Source: Methylococcaceae bacterium
Lineage (GTDB): Bacteria > Pseudomonadota > Gammaproteobacteria > Methylococcales > Methylomonadaceae
NCBI GenBank assembly: GCA_049286765.1
Contig: JBAQEN010000826.1
Location: 1-27,700, forward strand
Direction of reading: 5' to 3'
Length of the DNA stretch: 27,700 nt
Shown: piece by piece, positions 22,981 to 27,700 of the stretch
How the letters are laid out: each line of letters begins with the position of its first letter
How positions within the stretch are numbered: the first letter of the stretch is position 1
Position numbers and translations under genes: made by a program
The notes under the pieces: generated by a model
Database searches by the model: none
What the model was told of the DNA's origin: nothing
What the model saw: only the letters and a program-made list of their open reading frames with translations

Positions 22981-23574
22981 ATGGCCCTTAAACTTGACCA
23001 AGCAACTGAATGGATTAGCGAGACTGATTATCTGCAAGGCGAACTTATCAGTGAGGTAAAGCATGAATATTTCGACGGCTCCTTATATGCGATGGGGGGT
23101 GCGAGTAAAAACCATGAGCGTATTGCCGGCAATGTTTTTGGTGAATTAAGATCGTATTTAAAAAACACACCTTGCGAGCCTTTTTCATCCGACATCAATG
23201 TTAAAGTCGGGCAGGATTTTTTTTACCCGGATGTAATGGTGGTCTGCGAAGACCACAGCGATAACGATTATTACACCGAAACCCCCGTAATAATTGTCGA
23301 GGTGTTATCGGCATCCACGCGCAGAATGGATGAAACGACAAAGAAAATTGCTTATCAAGCCATCCCCACGCTAAAAGAATATGTGATAATCGAACAGGAT
23401 ATAGTCGATGTCGAGGTTTGCCGAAAAAGCGACAACTGGGTGTCCAGCCATTATTTTATGGGCGATGAAGTAACCTTCGAATCGATGGGTTTATCTTTGT
23501 TAGTCGAGGACATCTATTTCCGGGTAGATAATAACGATGTAAAGTCTTTTTTGAAGAACGCGCCAAGTCTTTAG
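22981..23574 (+). CDS. Uma2-family (DUF820) PD-(D/E)xK endonuclease-like protein
   Basis: KHEYFDGSLYAMGGASKNHERIAGNVFGEL, FYPDVMVVC and IIVEVLSASTRRMDETTKKIAYQAIPTLKEYVIIEQD match the Uma2 pattern (D ... E.lS motif). The ATG at 22981 is preferred over the TTG at 22930. Confidence 0.75.
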   Translation: MALKLDQATEWISETDYLQGELISEVKHEYFDGSLYAMGGASKNHERIAGNVFGELRSYLKNTPCEPFSSDINVKVGQDFFYPDVMVVCEDHSDNDYYTETPVIIVEVLSASTRRMDETTKKIAYQAIPTLKEYVIIEQDIVDVEVCRKSDNWVSSHYFMGDEVTFESMGLSLLVEDIYFRVDNNDVKSFLKNAPSL

Positions 23575-23604
23575 ATAATTTATAAAGCCGCTTATAGAAG
23601 GTAA

Positions 23605-25293
23605 ATGTTAATGGCCTATGAAGCTATATTAAAAACCCTGCAAGAAAAAAACAAACTATCCGTTTCAGAATTAAAAAAAGTGGAGCGGGTTCAAAAAAAC
23701 GCAGTGGCGGAAAGCTTGCCGCAGTTACTGGTTAAGTTAGGGCTATGCTCAGAGCTTGATGTGGCGGATGCGTTTGTCGAATCGGGTCATTTTGAGAAGA
23801 TTACGGCGGATCAGTATCCGTTGGAAATGCAATTGCCTGAAAGTGTTTCGTTACGTTTTTTAAAGAACTATCATGTCATTGGCTTAAATAATACTGAAGA
23901 CAGTATTACCGTTACTCTAATGGATCCTGAAGATCAGTTTGTTATTGATGCACTGCGATTGGCGACAGGAAAACGCATCATTGCCAAAGTGGGTTTACTT
24001 TCAGAAATCGATGCCGCGTTGGCAGTACAGTATGGTGAAGGTCAGTCACAAGATAAGCTGATTGATGACTTGGCTTTGGATGATCTGGGAGAGGAAGATT
24101 TAGAGCATTTAAAAGATCTGGCCAGTGAAGCTCCCGTTATCAAAATGGTTAATTTGATTATGCAGCGGGCGATTGAAACCAGGGCATCAGACATACACAT
24201 TGAACCTTTTGAGCAAACTTTAAAAGTCAGGCTACGCGTGGACGGAGTTTTGCAGGAAATTGACGCGCCTCATGTTAAATCAACGGCGGCGGTCATTTCA
24301 CGCATCAAGATTATGGCTAAACTGAATATTGCCGAGCGAAGATTGCCGCAGGATGGCCGCATCAAAGTGCAAATGCTGGGTAAGGAACTGGATTTGCGGG
24401 TTTCGACCATTCCTACCATGTATGGTGAAAGTGTGGTGATCCGCTTGCTGGATAAAGAAAGTACGGTGCTGGATTTTGCCTCGCTGGGCTTTTCCGGGCG
24501 ACATCTACAGCAGTTTGTTGAGGTATTGGCGCAACCACATGGCATTATTCTGATTACCGGCCCTACGGGTAGCGGTAAATCCACCACGATGTATGCAGCG
24601 TTAAAGCAACTTAATACCTCGGAACGAAAAATTATTACCGTTGAAGACCCTGTAGAATATCAGATGGAAGGGGTCAATCAGATTCAGGCGAAGCCCCAGA
24701 TAGGCTTGACTTTTGCGTCGGCGTTGCGTTCCATTGTCAGGCAAGATCCCGATGTCATTATGATTGGCGAAATGCGCGATCTGGAAACAGCAAGAATTGC
24801 TGTGCAATCAGCACTAACAGGACATTTGGTATTATCAACATTACATACCAATGATGCGGCGGGGGGCGTAACACGCTTGCTTGATATGGGTCTTGAAGAG
24901 TATTTACTTACCTCTACTGTCAATGGCATATTGGCGCAACGACTGGTCAGAAAGCTGTGTCCCGTCTGCAAAGAAGGCACTATCGCCGCTCCCGAGATTG
25001 TTAAAGAACTGCGCTTGAGGAAATATGCACCTGAGGGTGAAATTGTTTTATATAAACCGGTCGGTTGTTCTGCCTGTGCGGGCATGGGTTACCGTGGGCG
25101 ATTGGCTATTATTGAATTTTTGCCGATGACCGATCCTATACGCAAATTAATTATGGCGCACGAAGAAGCGGGCGCTATTCAAAGACTTGCTATTGAAGAA
25201 GGTATGGAAACCCTTTATGAAAATGGCCTGGTTAAGGTAATACAGGGAATTACCACATTAGAAGAAGTATTGCGCGTCACGTCGGAAATTTAA
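23605..25293 (+). CDS. gspE: GspE/PilB-family secretion ATPase (type II secretion / type IV filament assembly ATPase)
   Basis: The N-terminal roughly 140 aa form a T2SSE_N-like domain. Walker A is GPTGSGKST, Walker B region VIMIGEMRD and His box LVLSTLHTNDA. The tetracysteine is CPVC ... CSAC. RBS AGAAGG lies upstream. Confidence 0.85.
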   Translation: MLMAYEAILKTLQEKNKLSVSELKKVERVQKNAVAESLPQLLVKLGLCSELDVADAFVESGHFEKITADQYPLEMQLPESVSLRFLKNYHVIGLNNTEDSITVTLMDPEDQFVIDALRLATGKRIIAKVGLLSEIDAALAVQYGEGQSQDKLIDDLALDDLGEEDLEHLKDLASEAPVIKMVNLIMQRAIETRASDIHIEPFEQTLKVRLRVDGVLQEIDAPHVKSTAAVISRIKIMAKLNIAERRLPQDGRIKVQMLGKELDLRVSTIPTMYGESVVIRLLDKESTVLDFASLGFSGRHLQQFVEVLAQPHGIILITGPTGSGKSTTMYAALKQLNTSERKIITVEDPVEYQMEGVNQIQAKPQIGLTFASALRSIVRQDPDVIMIGEMRDLETARIAVQSALTGHLVLSTLHTNDAAGGVTRLLDMGLEEYLLTSTVNGILAQRLVRKLCPVCKEGTIAAPEIVKELRLRKYAPEGEIVLYKPVGCSACAGMGYRGRLAIIEFLPMTDPIRKLIMAHEEAGAIQRLAIEEGMETLYENGLVKVIQGITTLEEVLRVTSEI

Positions 25294-25294
25294 G

Positions 25295-26512
25295 ATGCCT
25301 TTATTTACCTACAAAGCAGTTAATAGTCTGGGTGAAACCGAAGAAGGCATTAGAGACGCTGTGGATGAACGGCTCCTGATAGCAACGTTGCAGTCGGAAG
25401 GTTATATCCCCATTCGTGTAAAACTCGCCAGTAGCAGGTCGTTTCTTGGTCTAAGTTTAGGTGCAAAACAGTCAAGGCTATCACAGAAAGACATTGCGGT
25501 ATTGACTGGTGAGTTGGCAACTTTATTGGAATCCGGCTTGCCTTTAGATAAGTCATTGCTGGTGCTGATGGATCTGACTGAAGACAATGAGCGGCTCAGT
25601 AAGCTTATTGCCCATGTTTTGGATAAAGTAAAAAGTGGTTCTTCATTAGCTGACGCGATGGAAAAACAGGTGGGTATTTTTACAAAGTTTTATTTGAACA
25701 TGATACGCGCTGGTGAAGCTGGCGGCAGTTTGGGCGAAGTGTTGACGCGCTTGTCCGAGTATCTGGAGCGTTCGCAGGAATTAAAAGACACCGTCAGCAC
25801 GGCATTAATCTACCCCGCGATATTACTGGTGATGTCGTTGGCTTCCCTGTTTGTGATGCTGACTTTTGTGGTGCCACAATTTACCGAAATGTTTGAAAGT
25901 GCAGGTAAGGCTCTGCCAGTATCGACCCAAATTGTTGTGGGCTTGGCGAAATGGCTGCAAAGCTATTGGTGGGCATTGCTGGGCGTGATCATTTTTGTGA
26001 CCAGTTATATGAGATTTCAATTAGCAGACCCTGTAAAAAAGAAAGTCTGGGACGCGCGTTTTCTGAAATTACCGCTGGCAGGAACGATTATTTTGAATAA
26101 AGAAACCGCCAATATCAGCCGCACCTTAGGAACTCTATTGGGCAATGGCGTTTCAATACTGTCAGCGCTGGCTATTGTGCGGGAAACTGTCGACAATCTG
26201 GTATTAGCCGCAGCGATTCAGGATGCCGAAGAGCAGTTAAAACAAGGCAAACATTTATCGGATGCTTTGCTGGGAAAAGACCTGTTTCCTAAAATGGCCA
26301 TGCAAATGGTTAAAATGGGCGAAGAAACGGGGCGCCTGGAAGAAATGCTGCTGCGCGTGGCGACTATATATGACAAACAGCTCAGAGTGGCAATACAGCG
26401 ATTGCTGGCTTTCCTGGAGCCGGCATTGATAATTACGCTGGGGCTAATGATTGCAGGAATTATTGTGTCGATTTTACTGGCTATATTGAGCGTTAACGAT
26501 TTGGCATTTTAA
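25295..26512 (+). CDS. gspF: GspF/PilC-family inner-membrane platform protein
   Basis: 405 aa with a GspF-like N-terminus MPLFTYKAVNSLGETEEG. It has two internally repeated T2SSF-type halves with three TM segments. It starts 1 nt after the gspE stop. Confidence 0.85.
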   Translation: MPLFTYKAVNSLGETEEGIRDAVDERLLIATLQSEGYIPIRVKLASSRSFLGLSLGAKQSRLSQKDIAVLTGELATLLESGLPLDKSLLVLMDLTEDNERLSKLIAHVLDKVKSGSSLADAMEKQVGIFTKFYLNMIRAGEAGGSLGEVLTRLSEYLERSQELKDTVSTALIYPAILLVMSLASLFVMLTFVVPQFTEMFESAGKALPVSTQIVVGLAKWLQSYWWALLGVIIFVTSYMRFQLADPVKKKVWDARFLKLPLAGTIILNKETANISRTLGTLLGNGVSILSALAIVRETVDNLVLAAAIQDAEEQLKQGKHLSDALLGKDLFPKMAMQMVKMGEETGRLEEMLLRVATIYDKQLRVAIQRLLAFLEPALIITLGLMIAGIIVSILLAILSVNDLAF

Positions 26513-26830
26513 ATGGCTCAGATGATTGCCAAACATAAATTGTAAAACTCTGTACTTGAACTAATAACTTCAAAAATTAGCCTAAATTGTTGCTGATCCA
26601 AGAAACTGCCCCCTATAACCATTAACAGTCATTGTACTGGGCATAAATACATTTTCAGATGGTAAAAACTAAAAACCTTGTTTTTTGTACCGTCTACATA
26701 AATATCCAGTCGGCTCATGGAGCAATTTTAATCCGCTGTGGTCAAGGTATGCATTTTATCCTGCGGCCAGCACGATACTGGCGTATATTCTTGGTAAGAT
26801 TTCACCACTAAAAACAAATGTTGGGAATCA

Positions 26831-27700
26831 GTGCAGCTGATAGAAACGGACAATCAAGCCTATTTCGATAAAAACAAAGCCCGGGAGAAAACCTGTGCCG
26901 GTTGGTTAAAAAAACAAAGCAAAGCCGTCCGTAAACCCGTTTTATTTTCAGCTATTGCCGGTATTATTAATGGACTGGGTGTCATTGTTCAATCGGCTTT
27001 GCTGGCTTTTATACTGCAAGCCATCATTATTGACAGGTTGCCGTGGGCGTCTGTCATCACACCGTTCTTATTGCTGACAGCCGTTTTTATCCTGCGTGGC
27101 GTGTGTGTTTATTGGCATCAAACCTGGGGATTTGAAGCCGGAGCGCAAGTCAGAGCGTCGGTAAGAAAACAATTGTTCGCCAGATTTTTAACGTTGGGAC
27201 CCGCCGGAATCAAGCAATATCAAAGCGGTGAATTGGCAGCCGTTACGCTGGAGCAGGTCGATGCGCTGGAAAATTATTTTTCGCGTTATCTGCCTCAACA
27301 AATGATAGTTGGCGTATTGCCGCTCATCATGATTAGCGTCGTCATGCCAGTCAACTGGGTGGTCGGGTTGATCTTTTTAGTAGCCGGGCCGCTGGTGCCG
27401 GTTTTTATGGCCTTAGTCGGCATGGGGGCCGCCTCCGCTAATCGCAGTCAATTTTTGGCTATGGCAAGAATGAGCGGTTATTTTCTGGATCGTTTGCAAG
27501 GGCTGGAGACACTCAAGCTGTTCGGCCAGGCTACCCAGGAGTTAGCAAACATCGACAAGATTGCTGATGGTTTTCGAGAAAGAACCATGGCGGTTTTGCG
27601 CATTGCATTTTTATCATCGGCAATTCTGGAGTTTTTCAGCGCGGTTGCTGTTGCCCTGGTGGCCGTGTATGTCGGACTGGGCTTATTAGGACTGATTCAT
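26831..27700 (+). CDS. cydD: Thiol reductant ABC exporter subunit CydD (5' partial, runs off the window)
   Basis: An open frame runs from GTG 26831 to the window end (290 codons; it is absent from the ORF track because it has no stop). The translation ...GWLKKQSKAVRKPVLFSAIAGIINGL ... LEQVDALENYFSRYLPQ ... LVGMGAASANRSQFLAMARMSGYFLDRLQGLETLKLFG ... RTMAVLRIAFLSSAILEFF is collinear with my recollection of the E. coli CydD transmembrane domain. Confidence 0.85.
   Translation, partial: MQLIETDNQAYFDKNKAREKTCAGWLKKQSKAVRKPVLFSAIAGIINGLGVIVQSALLAFILQAIIIDRLPWASVITPFLLLTAVFILRGVCVYWHQTWGFEAGAQVRASVRKQLFARFLTLGPAGIKQYQSGELAAVTLEQVDALENYFSRYLPQQMIVGVLPLIMISVVMPVNWVVGLIFLVAGPLVPVFMALVGMGAASANRSQFLAMARMSGYFLDRLQGLETLKLFGQATQELANIDKIADGFRERTMAVLRIAFLSSAILEFFSAVAVALVAVYVGLGLLGLIH

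Noticed and set aside
26659-26811. 50-codon ORF (MVKTKNLVFCTVYINIQSAHG...) ending 20 nt before cydD
   Set aside because: No SD, no recognisable family, and below any length where I can judge coding potential. It would need conservation or ribosome-profiling evidence.

Overview
The window reads as a chromosomal segment of a Gram-negative, probably gammaproteobacterial genome. The taxon cannot be fixed without a database search, and GC looks roughly 35-53% line by line, by eye only. There are three parts. (1) 141-11309 is a seven-gene operon in which every junction overlaps by 1 or 4 nt. It encodes an ABC-transporter-dependent (Wzm/Wzt) surface polysaccharide built from a GDP-6-deoxyhexose (gmd plus rmd-like). 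It also carries a coiled-coil SAM methyltransferase, a 1649-aa four-module GT4 glycosyltransferase and a further single GT4. (2) 11.3-14.1 kb is a patch of gene debris: a truncated PAAR-like DUF4280 fragment and a frameshifted IS3-family remnant. These bracket one intact and unusual gene, a histidine-decarboxylase-type PLP enzyme with a twin-arginine signal peptide. (3) 14.1-27.7 kb is mostly housekeeping or envelope genes: a SCO1/SenC-diheme peroxidase fusion, a secreted unknown protein start/stop-overlapped with corA, pyrE, a solitary dynamin-like GTPase, back-to-back tesA/ybbA, a GlcG-like protein, a Uma2 nuclease, a gspE-gspF pair and the 5' part of cydD. I found no rRNA, tRNA, CRISPR array, intact mobile element or recognisable complete defence system. 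The best candidates for undescribed biology are the Tat-exported decarboxylase, the SCO-peroxidase fusion, the secreted-protein/CorA pair, and the chain-termination and polymerase architecture of the polysaccharide operon. All functional calls rest on motif recognition from memory, not on searches.
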